Virus record (IMG/VR): IMGVR_UViG_3300029268_000019
Location: 1-59,335 of that record
DNA from: a virus
Lineage: Duplodnaviria > Caudoviricetes
Reading direction: 5' to 3' (one strand)
Length of the DNA stretch: 59,335 bases
Position numbers and translations under genes: made by a program. Within the stretch, counting starts at the first letter, position 1. Each line of letters begins with the position of its first letter. Shown piece by piece: positions 9,364-19,036 of this stretch. The notes below the pieces were generated by a model, which had not been told where the DNA came from, ran no database searches, and saw only the letters and a program-made list of their open reading frames with translations.

Positions 9364-11175
9364 TTAAGAAACTATTAAAGGTGGATCCGCGGATACCGTT
9401 ATTTGACTTCCCCTAACAAAGATATAAGGATAAGCATTACTCAAAGTTATCTTACCACTAGTTTGTTGTGATTGGAATGCATTTGATAAGTATTGATATA
9501 AAATATCAAGTGTCCACGAACTAGCTGTTAAAATTTGGGTTTCTGAATTTATTGTAACTTTCAAATTACCACTATAACCTTGTTGTTGAAGTGAAATTTT
9601 GAATTCATTAGACGGACCAGTATTTCCACCTTGAGTTCCTGATGTACCATTCGTTCCACCCCCACCATTATTTCCACCCTGTGTCCCGGATGTTCCGTTT
9701 GTTCCAGATGTTCCTGAAGTACCAGCGGCGGCAGCTGCAGCTTGTTCAGCAACGGCTTGGGTTGCTTGTCCTATCAATCCTGTTATTATTTGTTGAAAAG
9801 TTAAAATTTGTTTAAATCCACCCAAAGTTGCATTAAGAGCTTTTATGGGTGTTAAAATTAGACCAAATATTGTTGTTACCATCCCTAAAGATGGTAATAC
9901 AAATGCAAAATTTTGTAATGGTGCTAAAAATGGTGTTATTTGAGATATTATCGAAACTAATTTACTTATATCTGACATCATACTCTGAAGAATTGCCAAA
10001 GCAGTAGTTGGTGTTGGTTTTGGTGGTAAAAGAGCTTCTACCATAGCTGGTGCAGCTAAAGCTAACTTTACAATTAAATCTTTCATTTCTTTTGTTATTT
10101 CAGCAGCTCTATAACAAACCTGCATAAAAGCATCTTTTAGTTCTTTTTTCATCTCTTTTATTTTATCTTTCATTGGATGAGTGTCCGGAATTCCTCTTTC
10201 TTTGTTTACACATTCTGGATTTGTAACTTCATTATCAATAATTTTTCCATTTGCATCGTACATTGGTTCCTTACCATAAATTATTAAATGTGCTGTTTTT
10301 TCATCAACTTTGGATACAGATCCAAGTGGACCGGGCATCATCCCAGATCCCATCACCATCATTTTCTTCATTATTTGATTTTCGGTCATAAAAGCATATA
10401 ATCCACCCGGTTCGAAATCTTCCAATTTTACAGGTGGTGGTGGCATAACAACCCCATTTTTAATTTCCACAATAGTTTTTGTTAATGTTACTGTTTCCGC
10501 ATTTAAACTTTCCATGTGTTTTATTAATTCTTCATTCTCCTTTTGTTTATCTTGATCTTTCTGTATAGATAATGGTTCTATCTTTACATCAGCCATTAGA
10601 ACACCAGTATCAACAGCATCAATATATCTTACATTCATTTTTGCTATTTCTTCTTTAGTTGGTTCATCGTCAGCTGGATCAATCCATTGATATGTTTTTA
10701 TGTCATAATACACCGATAATGCTTTATCAACATTATCATAAGATGATGCATCAAAAGGATTATCTGGTTCAAAACCACTCTGAATTTTCAATGTGCCATC
10801 TGGATTTCTTGGAGATTCAAATGTTTCTTTATATGTTATATTTCTTGTTGTAATTTTAGGTAATTTATTACCCTTTAAATCTATTCTATCTTCGGGATAA
10901 TCATATTCATAATATTCTTTAATTGAAGCTTTTAACATTTTTTCATCGGAAAGAAACATTCTATCAGGATCCAATGATGTCATATCTGCGTTTTCGAAAA
11001 AATGATACCAACTACCAATATATATCACGACAGTTGGTGCATCTTCTGGATAAGTATAGAAAAATATTAATCTTTTTTGTAATCCATCTTTTCTCCACCC
11101 ATTATCTACACTTTTATCTTTTGACCAATAACCTGCTTTTTTGTCTATTTCTATTGAATAACTATATGTTGTCAT
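9364..11175 (-). CDS. Probable virion protein with hydrophobic helical region and GTSG repeats
   Basis: 603 aa; late promoter 11197-11206; GTSGTSGTNGTSGTQGG repeats. Confidence 0.55.
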   Translation of the reverse strand: MTTYSYSIEIDKKAGYWSKDKSVDNGWRKDGLQKRLIFFYTYPEDAPTVVIYIGSWYHFFENADMTSLDPDRMFLSDEKMLKASIKEYYEYDYPEDRIDLKGNKLPKITTRNITYKETFESPRNPDGTLKIQSGFEPDNPFDASSYDNVDKALSVYYDIKTYQWIDPADDEPTKEEIAKMNVRYIDAVDTGVLMADVKIEPLSIQKDQDKQKENEELIKHMESLNAETVTLTKTIVEIKNGVVMPPPPVKLEDFEPGGLYAFMTENQIMKKMMVMGSGMMPGPLGSVSKVDEKTAHLIIYGKEPMYDANGKIIDNEVTNPECVNKERGIPDTHPMKDKIKEMKKELKDAFMQVCYRAAEITKEMKDLIVKLALAAPAMVEALLPPKPTPTTALAILQSMMSDISKLVSIISQITPFLAPLQNFAFVLPSLGMVTTIFGLILTPIKALNATLGGFKQILTFQQIITGLIGQATQAVAEQAAAAAAGTSGTSGTNGTSGTQGGNNGGGGTNGTSGTQGGNTGPSNEFKISLQQQGYSGNLKVTINSETQILTASSWTLDILYQYLSNAFQSQQTSGKITLSNAYPYIFVRGSQITVSADPPLIVS

Positions 11176-11262
11176 TACCTAAAATACTTTTTATTTTATA
11201 TATTAAAGGAACGTCGGTATATAAATTTTTTTATTCCACAATTTTGATTAATTTTGTAATAT

Positions 11263-11865
11263 ATGAAAAAAGTGGGCATAACAGGTGGAATAGGATCGGG
11301 TAAAAGTTACATTTGCCGTCAATTTGGATTAAATTTTGGTATTATCACCTATTATAGTGATGTAAGAGGTAAAATCTTGATGGAAACGAATTCTGAATTA
11401 AGAAATTTAATTACTAATGAATTCGGTCAAGATTCTTATATTTTTGAAAATAAACATTTTAATCTTAATCGAGATAAATTTATAAAATTACTTTTTGATA
11501 ATGAATCTGCTAGAAAGAAGATGAATTTTTTTGTACACCCATTTGTTAGAAAAGAATTTTTTGAATGGTGTGATTTTTTAATAGATGATTATTATACCTT
11601 ATTTGAATCAGCTATTTTATTTGATAGTGAAGATAAACTGAAAACCGATTTAAATATTTTAGTAATATCTGATATGGATATTCGTATTCAAAGGATAAAA
11701 GAAAGAAACTCGATTTCAGAAGAAGAAATAATGAAACGAATATCAGCACAAACAAGTGATGAATATAAAAAACAATTTGCTGATTTCATTATAGAAAACA
11801 ATGGTGACAACAACCAATTGGAAAAAGATTTGAATACCATCCACAATAAAATAATATCATTATGA
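11263..11865 (+). CDS. coaE: Dephospho-CoA kinase
   Basis: VGITGGIGSGKS, VHPFVR, ESAILF, ADFIIENNG. Confidence 0.9.
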   Translation: MKKVGITGGIGSGKSYICRQFGLNFGIITYYSDVRGKILMETNSELRNLITNEFGQDSYIFENKHFNLNRDKFIKLLFDNESARKKMNFFVHPFVRKEFFEWCDFLIDDYYTLFESAILFDSEDKLKTDLNILVISDMDIRIQRIKERNSISEEEIMKRISAQTSDEYKKQFADFIIENNGDNNQLEKDLNTIHNKIISL

Positions 11866-12059
11866 AAAAATTCAAAAAATGGTGGTTTAATTTAACACAT
11901 GTTAAATGTAATTACTGTAATGAACATATTGAACAATATTATGACGCTTGTCTTTTCCCAATAGAGAATTGGAAAGGAAATATAATTTGTAAAGATTGTA
12001 TAAAGAAAGAATCCAAATTGTCAAAAAACGAAACCATCATTATATATGAGAAAAATTAA
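11862..12059 (+). CDS. Small Zn-binding hypothetical protein
   Basis: CNYC...CKDC; fills gap between coaE and prs. Confidence 0.5.
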   Translation: MKKFKKWWFNLTHVKCNYCNEHIEQYYDACLFPIENWKGNIICKDCIKKESKLSKNETIIIYEKN

Positions 12060-12987
12060 AGTATTTTCCGGATCAGCTTCAAAAGATCTCACAGAAAAAG
12101 TTTGTTTCAATTTAGGAACAACTATGGGAAAAGTTAAATTAGAAAAATTTTCAGATGGTGAATTTCAACCAGTTTTTGAAGAAAATTTAAGAGGTAGAGA
12201 TGTTTATATTATTCAATCTTGTTATCCTCCATTTGATAACTATTGGGAACTCTTTCAGATGATACAGGCGGCAAAATTAGCTTCCGCCAGTAAAATTATT
12301 GTAATCCTACCCTATTATGGTTACGCTAGACAAGACAGAAAGGATAGACCTAGGGTTGGTATAGCTTCAAAACTTATTGCCAAATTTTTAGAATCAGCGG
12401 GTGCAACAAGAGTTGTTACTATTGATTTACACGCAGACCAAATACAGGGATTCTTTGATATTCCTTTTGATCAACTTTTCGGTACTTATGTTTTTTGGCC
12501 ACACATTGAAAAAATGGTGAAAAGTGGTGAAATTGAAAATCTTCAATTCGCATCACCCGATAATGGTGGTGTGAAAAGAATGTCAAGATACGCTGAAAAG
12601 TTTGATGTTGATTATGTTATTTGTTCAAAAACTCGTAAGAAGAAAAATGAAGTAGCTAAAATGATTCTTATCGGTGATGTAACAGGTAAAGATGTTATCA
12701 TTATTGATGATATGGCAGATACCGCTGGAACAATGTGTAAAGCCGCTGATTTAATGATTGATAAAGGGGCTAAAACGGTTCGTGGTTTAGTTACTCATCC
12801 AATTTTATCAGGAAAAGCTTTCGAAAACCTTGAAAATTCAAAAATAACCGAAATTTTTGTTCTTGATACTATTCCATTAAATAACGAACATCCCAAAGTT
12901 AAGGTTTTATCTTGTTCAGATATGTTAGCAAAAGCTATCAAGAAGATAGACACGAATAAATCTTTAAGTCAATTATTCCTAAAATAA
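12046..12987 (+). CDS. prs: Ribose-phosphate pyrophosphokinase
   Basis: FSDGE, PYYGYARQDR, DLHA, SPDNGG, IIDDMADTAGT. Confidence 0.95.
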   Translation: MRKIKVFSGSASKDLTEKVCFNLGTTMGKVKLEKFSDGEFQPVFEENLRGRDVYIIQSCYPPFDNYWELFQMIQAAKLASASKIIVILPYYGYARQDRKDRPRVGIASKLIAKFLESAGATRVVTIDLHADQIQGFFDIPFDQLFGTYVFWPHIEKMVKSGEIENLQFASPDNGGVKRMSRYAEKFDVDYVICSKTRKKKNEVAKMILIGDVTGKDVIIIDDMADTAGTMCKAADLMIDKGAKTVRGLVTHPILSGKAFENLENSKITEIFVLDTIPLNNEHPKVKVLSCSDMLAKAIKKIDTNKSLSQLFLK

Positions 12988-12992
12988 GATAT

Positions 12993-13436
12993 ATGAATAT
13001 AAAACAATTGGAAATTATTCAAAGACAACCAAAGTTAAAAGTATCTGATTTACAAGACGTTACAGATAGAACTCTACTTTACGGTTCTCACGCTGATATT
13101 TGTATTGGTGGTTGTACCTTTATATATCATCTTTATATTCAAGGTGAAATGTTTCATTTCACTCAATATCAATACAAAACAAAGATGGGTCATAAAAAGG
13201 GTGATATTAAATCATTCAAATTTAGAGAAGAAATAACACCAAATATGTTTCTTCATACAAATTTAGTCACCACACAGAAGTTTGATTCGGAGTGTTGTGA
13301 TTATGAATTCTGTAACTACTTGAAATCTAAAGGTATTGTATTAAATTTCACTTCATTTGATGATGAAAGACCAAATAAGGTATATTATGGTATGATGTAT
13401 GAAGATTTAAAATTCGAAAAAATTGTAACAATATAG
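12993..13436 (+). CDS. Hypothetical protein
   Basis: 147 aa ORF in operon. Confidence 0.55.
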   Translation: MNIKQLEIIQRQPKLKVSDLQDVTDRTLLYGSHADICIGGCTFIYHLYIQGEMFHFTQYQYKTKMGHKKGDIKSFKFREEITPNMFLHTNLVTTQKFDSECCDYEFCNYLKSKGIVLNFTSFDDERPNKVYYGMMYEDLKFEKIVTI

Positions 13437-13519
13437 CATATAATTTTTTTTATTCGGCTAAACGCCGTATCTTTGTATCATCAAATTCAAACAACGTTAA
13501 ACCCTAAAAACCCAAAATT

Positions 13520-14128
13520 ATGAATCTCTTCGAAAAAGCCAAAGCAAACGCAACCACAGGTTCAAAGAAAAAGACTGAAAAAGTAATCGTAAAGGTAGAA
13601 GATACCCAGTTTGATAAGGATCTCAAAAGATACGCCGAACTGAAAGCCGAACTCGACGCCATTCAGGCAAAACTTGATATGGTTGAAGCAGACTTCAAAC
13701 CCGCCTGTATCGGTGTATTCAACGAACAGTATAAGAAAAACGGAGCATATCCCGAATCTTTCATCGCCACATCAGTTTCCGGTCATCAGGTAATGGTGGT
13801 TCCCACCGACAGGTATATCAAACCGACCGATGAATCTTTCGCCGAACTCAATGAAAAATACAATGGTGAAATCACCGAAACCGTTGACGAATACACACTC
13901 GACAAGGATCTGGTAAACGAATACGGAAACAAAATCGCCGCCGCTATCGAAAAGGCAAAGGATATCCCACAGGAAGTAAAGGATAATCTTATCAAGGTAA
14001 AGAGTACCATCACCGTTAAGAAAGGTAGTATCACAAAGGCCTTCACCGTTGGTAAGGGAAACATTGCCGAATACATCACCGATATTCGTCCGGTATTTCA
14101 GTTGAAGAATCCGAAAGTTTCTGAATAA
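13520..14128 (+). CDS. Hypothetical coiled-coil protein, probably highly expressed early
   Basis: C-ending codon bias; own early promoter (13468) and terminator. Confidence 0.7.
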   Translation: MNLFEKAKANATTGSKKKTEKVIVKVEDTQFDKDLKRYAELKAELDAIQAKLDMVEADFKPACIGVFNEQYKKNGAYPESFIATSVSGHQVMVVPTDRYIKPTDESFAELNEKYNGEITETVDEYTLDKDLVNEYGNKIAAAIEKAKDIPQEVKDNLIKVKSTITVKKGSITKAFTVGKGNIAEYITDIRPVFQLKNPKVSE

Positions 14129-14145
14129 TCAATCGAAACAAAAAG

Positions 14146-14171
14146 AAAAGGTGGTATTCCCACCTTTTTTT
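14146..14171. terminator. Bidirectional intrinsic terminator
   Basis: AAAAGGTGG-tattc-CCACCTTTT stem-loop region between convergent genes. Confidence 0.8.
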
Positions 14172-15111
14172 ATGCCTTTACCCAAAAAGGTTCATCGAAA
14201 GTTAATTTTGTCATGTTTCTGTGTTTTCCATTCAAATGTTGCATAACCTTATCCAAGGGTAAATTGAATAATTTGGATATTCTTTGTCTTTCTTCAACAT
14301 CATCATTTAAATCATCGTAGGAACTTTCCATATAAACATTGGTTAATTGAATTGGGGTTTCTGAATATAATCTAATTTCTCTTTCTTCTTTCAATCCATA
14401 TAATGAAGCGTAAACCGTTTGTCTCCAATCTATTCCTTCAGTATATACCCATCCTTCCAATATGAAATCTCTATGATATCTCGACCAATAAGCTTCTGAT
14501 TTATCCATATCATAAGTCCAATATATCCCTATTCCATCATAATTATCCAATTCTTCTATATTTGATGGTAATGTAATTGCTCTAAAAATTTGTAATCTTT
14601 TGGGATCTTCTGAATTATAAATTGCATTTTCCAATTCATAGAAGTATTGGGAATCACATTTTTCAAATAAATTATTTAAAGATTTGACAAAAGGTGTTTT
14701 AAATTCGTCTAAATCTTCTATGTATTTATCTATATTCAAATACCAATCATCATCATCTTCAATATCTTGTAGTAATTTCGTAATTCCTTTCCTTTTATTT
14801 TCTTCCTTCCATTGTTTTGAAATATTTTTTGGATACTTTTTGATATAATCAAAGACTTCATCTTTACTATTATATAATAAATCGGAAAAATCTGGTGAAT
14901 CTAAATCAATATCGTTTATATAAAAATCATATAAAAGTTCATGTGTTTTATCAGACCATACATTAAACTCATCTTTTAAATTCTTATGACTAATATTGTT
15001 TTTTGGTGATGTTATGTGTTTTGTAATAACATGTTTAACAATATCGGTATCTGTTGATGGTAAATCAAATAACTGAAGTTGTTTTTCAAAAAGATTGAAT
15101 TTTGTTATCAT
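14170..15111 (-). CDS. ADP-ribosyltransferase-like protein with capsid-targeting-like N-terminus
   Basis: MITKFNLFE start; IFRAI...GIYWTYD...EEREIRL; late promoter 15117-15126. Confidence 0.55.
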   Translation of the reverse strand: MITKFNLFEKQLQLFDLPSTDTDIVKHVITKHITSPKNNISHKNLKDEFNVWSDKTHELLYDFYINDIDLDSPDFSDLLYNSKDEVFDYIKKYPKNISKQWKEENKRKGITKLLQDIEDDDDWYLNIDKYIEDLDEFKTPFVKSLNNLFEKCDSQYFYELENAIYNSEDPKRLQIFRAITLPSNIEELDNYDGIGIYWTYDMDKSEAYWSRYHRDFILEGWVYTEGIDWRQTVYASLYGLKEEREIRLYSETPIQLTNVYMESSYDDLNDDVEERQRISKLFNLPLDKVMQHLNGKHRNMTKLTFDEPFWVKA

Positions 15112-15176
15112 ATTTGTATATATTAAAATTTTTTTCTATCTAAAAATGTTGTAAATTTGTATTAAATATATCTATT

Positions 15177-15824
15177 ATGATTTACTCAAATTATCGTTAC
15201 ATTTATCCACCAAGACCGGAAAGAAAAATCCCAAAATCCGAATTAAAGGAATATGATAAGGGTGGATTCTTTGATGGTGAATTTCTTGCCGAACCAAAAT
15301 TCAATGGTAGTTGTGGACCTTTATTTTTTAGTAAAGATGAATTTATTCCAATGAATAGACATAAAGATAAACTCACCACATTTAAATTACAACCATCAGA
15401 ATTTCGTAACTTATTCCCAAACGAAAAATGGAACGTAATTGTCGGTGAATATATGAATAAGTCAAAGAAAGATGATTCTAATAAGGTATTCAATCATAAA
15501 TTTGTAATATTTGATATTCTCGTCATTAATGGTGATTATATGTTAGGAAAAACATTCGAACAACGTTGGAATATGTTGTACGATATGTTTAAGGATCAAA
15601 TCATTGGTGAGAATGAATATAGTTATCAAATAACTGAAAACATTTGGTTAGTTAAAGTTTTCTATACTGATTTTGAATCTATTTGGGAAAAACTCACAAA
15701 AATTGATATGATTGAGGGGTTAGTTCTGAAAAAAAGAAACTTTGGTCTTGAACCGGGAATTTCCGAAAAGAATAATACCGCACAAGTTAAAATAAGAAAG
15801 CCGACCCTTAATTACCAATACTGA
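15177..15824 (+). CDS. ATP-dependent ligase-like nucleotidyltransferase, adenylation domain only
   Basis: EPKFNG, NRH, IVGEY, FVIFDIL, IEGLVLK, QVKIR; no OB domain. Confidence 0.8.
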   Translation: MIYSNYRYIYPPRPERKIPKSELKEYDKGGFFDGEFLAEPKFNGSCGPLFFSKDEFIPMNRHKDKLTTFKLQPSEFRNLFPNEKWNVIVGEYMNKSKKDDSNKVFNHKFVIFDILVINGDYMLGKTFEQRWNMLYDMFKDQIIGENEYSYQITENIWLVKVFYTDFESIWEKLTKIDMIEGLVLKKRNFGLEPGISEKNNTAQVKIRKPTLNYQY

Positions 15825-15899
15825 TGTTTTTTGACTTTAATAAATGTTGTAAAAATAAATGGATTAATGAATTCTTTCCAAAAAATTAATTTATATATA

Positions 15900-16130
15900 C
15901 TATTGTACTAATAAACTGATTTTATATCAGTAACTCAATAGTGTGTAATTGAACATTTCCAAAATGTGTCAAGAAACTAACCCTAACAAGGGATTCAATT
16001 AAAGTAGAATCGATACTCACCCGTCCGAAATAGGACACTTAACGGATGATAAAAATACCTGTTAAGAGATAAACTAACAAATCACTTCTTTAATAATTTT
16101 TTATGCCTATCCATGTATAAAAAATTTAAA
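15900..16130 (+). ncRNA. Candidate structured leader or ncRNA
   Basis: About seven consecutive stem-loops after a TTTATATATA late-like promoter. Confidence 0.4.
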
Positions 16131-16146
16131 AAACAATCCCTTTAAA

Positions 16147-16797
16147 ATGGAAAATTTAAATTTAAAATGTTGGGGGCAAGTTTTCCCCGTATCCGCGTAT
16201 GGAAAAGCTGATGGTGTGATAAAAATACATATTCAAGATGGTATAGCACCTTTCAGACTTGATCTGAAAATAAATGGTAATTTTTATCGTTCTGTTGAAA
16301 ATATTCCTTATGCCGAATTTAATTATGCTACTTATGAACCACCAGACAACATTAATGATTGTAATTGTATAATTGAAGATTTACCACCGGGTAACTATAC
16401 AGCTCGAATATATGATAGTACCCCACCACCGGAAGGTCCACAGGAAGTTAGAGTAATTGCTGACTGGAATTCTGTGTCACCACCATTTGCAACTCTTAAT
16501 GGTAGTGTTAATCCATTGGGAACACCAACAACAGTTTCATTTGAATATGGAACCGGAACCACATATGACTATTCTGCAGCTTTTGGAATAGTAAATGGAA
16601 ATGATACTGTTTTTTGTTCACTACAATTAAGTTCTGGTCAGTATAATAATACATCAGTTCTTGTTCCGGGTACTCTTTATCATTTCAGAATCAAAGCGTT
16701 AAATACCGTTGGAACTTCTTATGGTGATGATTTAACTTTTGAAACACCATCCGCTTTACCTATTGCTATAACATTACCAGCAACAAATATTGGATGA
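16147..16797 (+). CDS. Ig/Fn3-like virion surface protein
   Basis: SprB-like DLPPGNYTARIYD; Fn3-like ATLNGSVNP...FEYG...LVPGTLYHFRIKALN..GTSYG..LTFET. Confidence 0.7.
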   Translation: MENLNLKCWGQVFPVSAYGKADGVIKIHIQDGIAPFRLDLKINGNFYRSVENIPYAEFNYATYEPPDNINDCNCIIEDLPPGNYTARIYDSTPPPEGPQEVRVIADWNSVSPPFATLNGSVNPLGTPTTVSFEYGTGTTYDYSAAFGIVNGNDTVFCSLQLSSGQYNNTSVLVPGTLYHFRIKALNTVGTSYGDDLTFETPSALPIAITLPATNIG

Positions 16798-16836
16798 ATG
16801 CCTATTGTGAAAACGTTACCAGCAACAAATATAAAG
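16759..16836 (+). repeat. Imperfect 36-nt direct repeat; second copy lies in an in-frame 15-aa mini-ORF (16798-16845)
   Basis: PIAITLPATNIG-stop-MPIVKTLPATNIKGI. Confidence 0.75.
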
Positions 16837-16856
16837 GGGATTTAATTCCCCTTTAT
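16831..16856. terminator. Bidirectional terminator
   Basis: ATAAAGGGGA / TCCCCTTTAT inverted repeat. Confidence 0.75.
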
Positions 16857-17300
16857 TGTTTCAAAAAATTCCATAGAAAATACAAGTTTAAACGATTCTT
16901 CTGTATCTTCAAAATCTATTGGTTGTGAATTATGACAAATATATTTTTCACAAATATAACCTTCCTTTGTAAAAAAGTTAATTATTATTTCACCAAACAA
17001 ACTCCTCACATAATTTAATTGTCCAGTTTCATTATTCCAATTCAAATCATACCAATCTTTTAAACATCTAAAAACAAATTTATTGTTATCATCATATTCA
17101 TTTTTTAGAATTGTAAATATTAGATCTGTTATTTTGGGTTGTGGTGGAATTGAACCCCTAACCGTAAACTTATATCTAGGTTTTGGTTGGACATAAGTTG
17201 GTTTTTCTATTTGAAAAACATTTTCAATTAATAAATTTTCAACATTATTTAAGGATTTAAAAACGACAGGTAATTTGATTTCAATTTCACAATTTTCCAT
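16842..17300 (-). CDS. Hypothetical protein
   Basis: 152 aa ORF. Confidence 0.55.
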   Translation of the reverse strand: MENCEIEIKLPVVFKSLNNVENLLIENVFQIEKPTYVQPKPRYKFTVRGSIPPQPKITDLIFTILKNEYDDNNKFVFRCLKDWYDLNWNNETGQLNYVRSLFGEIIINFFTKEGYICEKYICHNSQPIDFEDTEESFKLVFSMEFFETIKGN

Positions 17301-17348
17301 AGGTTTTTATTTTTATATATTTGAGTAGGCTAGTTTCCACATTTTATA

Positions 17349-17375
17349 AAAACATTCAATGTTATTTCAACTATA
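17349..17375 (+). promoter_or_regulatory. Putative promoter AAAAC-N15-AACTATA
   Basis: 20 nt upstream of AAA ATPase start. Confidence 0.5.
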
Positions 17376-17395
17376 ACTGAAAACTAATATAAAAT

Positions 17396-18529
17396 ATGAA
17401 AACACTAAGTTCAGTATTTCTAGATGAGAATTTCAAGGCAGAACAATTATATCAACAAAACAGAACAAATTATCCGGATGGTATATTCTTTTTTGTAGAA
17501 ATGAATAAAGTATTTCCTTCTAACAGTTATCTGGGATCTATCAAGATGCCTAATATTGTTAATGTTTTTACGGAAAAATATAAATTAATTCCTGAAAATA
17601 TTATAGTAGCTGATTATCACGATAAAAAAGATGAAAAATCTTTAATGATTCTAAACTCTTTTACTTTTGTAATTGATAAGGATTTATTAGTTACCAGTCT
17701 TAGTGATGGTAATGAAGATATGTATAGTTTTAGATTATATTACTGTCATACAACAAATAAAGAAAGACTTAATGAAGTTACTAGTTTCATTCAGAATCAT
17801 TATGAACAAACTAAAAATTCTGAAATTGGAATAATTGGTGAAGGTCAGAATGGACTTTTTATTAGATTTTTTAAGGTTAATGTTCCAGATATAAATATCA
17901 ATGGTTATTACAATGATGATTTCTCTGATATTCATCAGAAAATAATGAGTAAATTAAACGGGAATTCCCATAGTAAAGGTGTTGTTTTATTTCATGGAAA
18001 ACCCGGAACAGGAAAAACAACATATATTAGATATATTTCATCTTTATTAAATAAAAGAATGATTTTTATTCCACAGGAATTAGCTTATCAAATAGCTAGT
18101 CCAAGTTTCTTATCACTTTTAATGGATTTTCCAAATTCAATTCTTATAATGGAAGATGCAGAAAACGTTATAAAGGATAGGTTGGGTGATCAAAACTCAC
18201 CAGTAGCAAATATATTGAATATTTCGGATGGTTTATTATCAGATTGTTTGAATCTTCAATTAATATGTACATTCAATACTGATATTGGAAAAATCGATAA
18301 AGCTTTATTAAGAAAAGGTAGAATTATCACCAAATACGAATTTAAAGAATTAAGACTCGATAAGGCTAACAAACTAGCTAAAGACAAGGGTTTGAAAACT
18401 ATATTTAAAAAAAGTGTAACACTTGCAGAAATATTCAATTCAGATGAAGATGATTATTTGAACCAATCATCCCCAATAGGATTTAAAATAAAAGACGAAA
18501 GATTGGATTCAATGCCTGCCAGTAATTAA
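17396..18529 (+). CDS. AAA+ ATPase (BCS1-like)
   Basis: GKPGTGKT, LIMEDAE, LNISDGL, CTFN, DKALLRKGR. Confidence 0.85.
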   Translation: MKTLSSVFLDENFKAEQLYQQNRTNYPDGIFFFVEMNKVFPSNSYLGSIKMPNIVNVFTEKYKLIPENIIVADYHDKKDEKSLMILNSFTFVIDKDLLVTSLSDGNEDMYSFRLYYCHTTNKERLNEVTSFIQNHYEQTKNSEIGIIGEGQNGLFIRFFKVNVPDININGYYNDDFSDIHQKIMSKLNGNSHSKGVVLFHGKPGTGKTTYIRYISSLLNKRMIFIPQELAYQIASPSFLSLLMDFPNSILIMEDAENVIKDRLGDQNSPVANILNISDGLLSDCLNLQLICTFNTDIGKIDKALLRKGRIITKYEFKELRLDKANKLAKDKGLKTIFKKSVTLAEIFNSDEDDYLNQSSPIGFKIKDERLDSMPASN

Positions 18530-18574
18530 ATACAACCCGACATTGATAATATATAAAAAATAAAAACAAATACG

Positions 18575-19036
18575 ATGAAAAAATTTGAATTATTAAGAAT
18601 TAACGATGTTTTGATGAAATCAGTCAATTATAAAAGTCACGAATTTGCTTACGCAATCTATAAGAATAAACAAAAAGTAGATGAAATTTTAATAGAAGTT
18701 GATTTTATGAATGATATTGATCCTGAATATGTTGAATATGAAAATAAAAGAATAGAATTGTGTAAAACCACATCTAAAAAGGATCCAACTGGTAGAGAAA
18801 TTGTTAAAGATGGTCGTTTTGAAATTGGTGATGTAGAAATATTCAAGAATGGAATGGATGAGTTGAGAAAACAATACGAACCATTTATTCAAAAAAGGGA
18901 TGAACAAATAAATCGTTTCAATATTATTATGCAACAAGAAGTTGAGATGGATTTCGTGAAAGTAGATAAGAAGGATTTACCTGTTGAAATAACAACAGCT
19001 ACTGAAATGTTTGAATACGGATTTATGATTTCCTAA
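18575..19036 (+). CDS. Hypothetical protein
   Basis: Late-like promoter 18546-18555. Confidence 0.6.
   Translation: MKKFELLRINDVLMKSVNYKSHEFAYAIYKNKQKVDEILIEVDFMNDIDPEYVEYENKRIELCKTTSKKDPTGREIVKDGRFEIGDVEIFKNGMDELRKQYEPFIQKRDEQINRFNIIMQQEVEMDFVKVDKKDLPVEITTATEMFEYGFMIS

Noticed and set aside
9600-9730. CRISPR-like or DNA-level repeat array
   Set aside because: In-frame codon repeats encoding GTSG; no repeat-spacer array or tRNA gene recognised anywhere in the window
16015-16070. Hammerhead ribozyme suggested by GTCC-GAAATA-GGAC
   Set aside because: CTGANGA and GAAA core segments are not correctly placed on either strand
16759-16836. DGR template/variable repeat pair
   Set aside because: Only 36 nt, differences not confined to adenines, no reverse transcriptase in window
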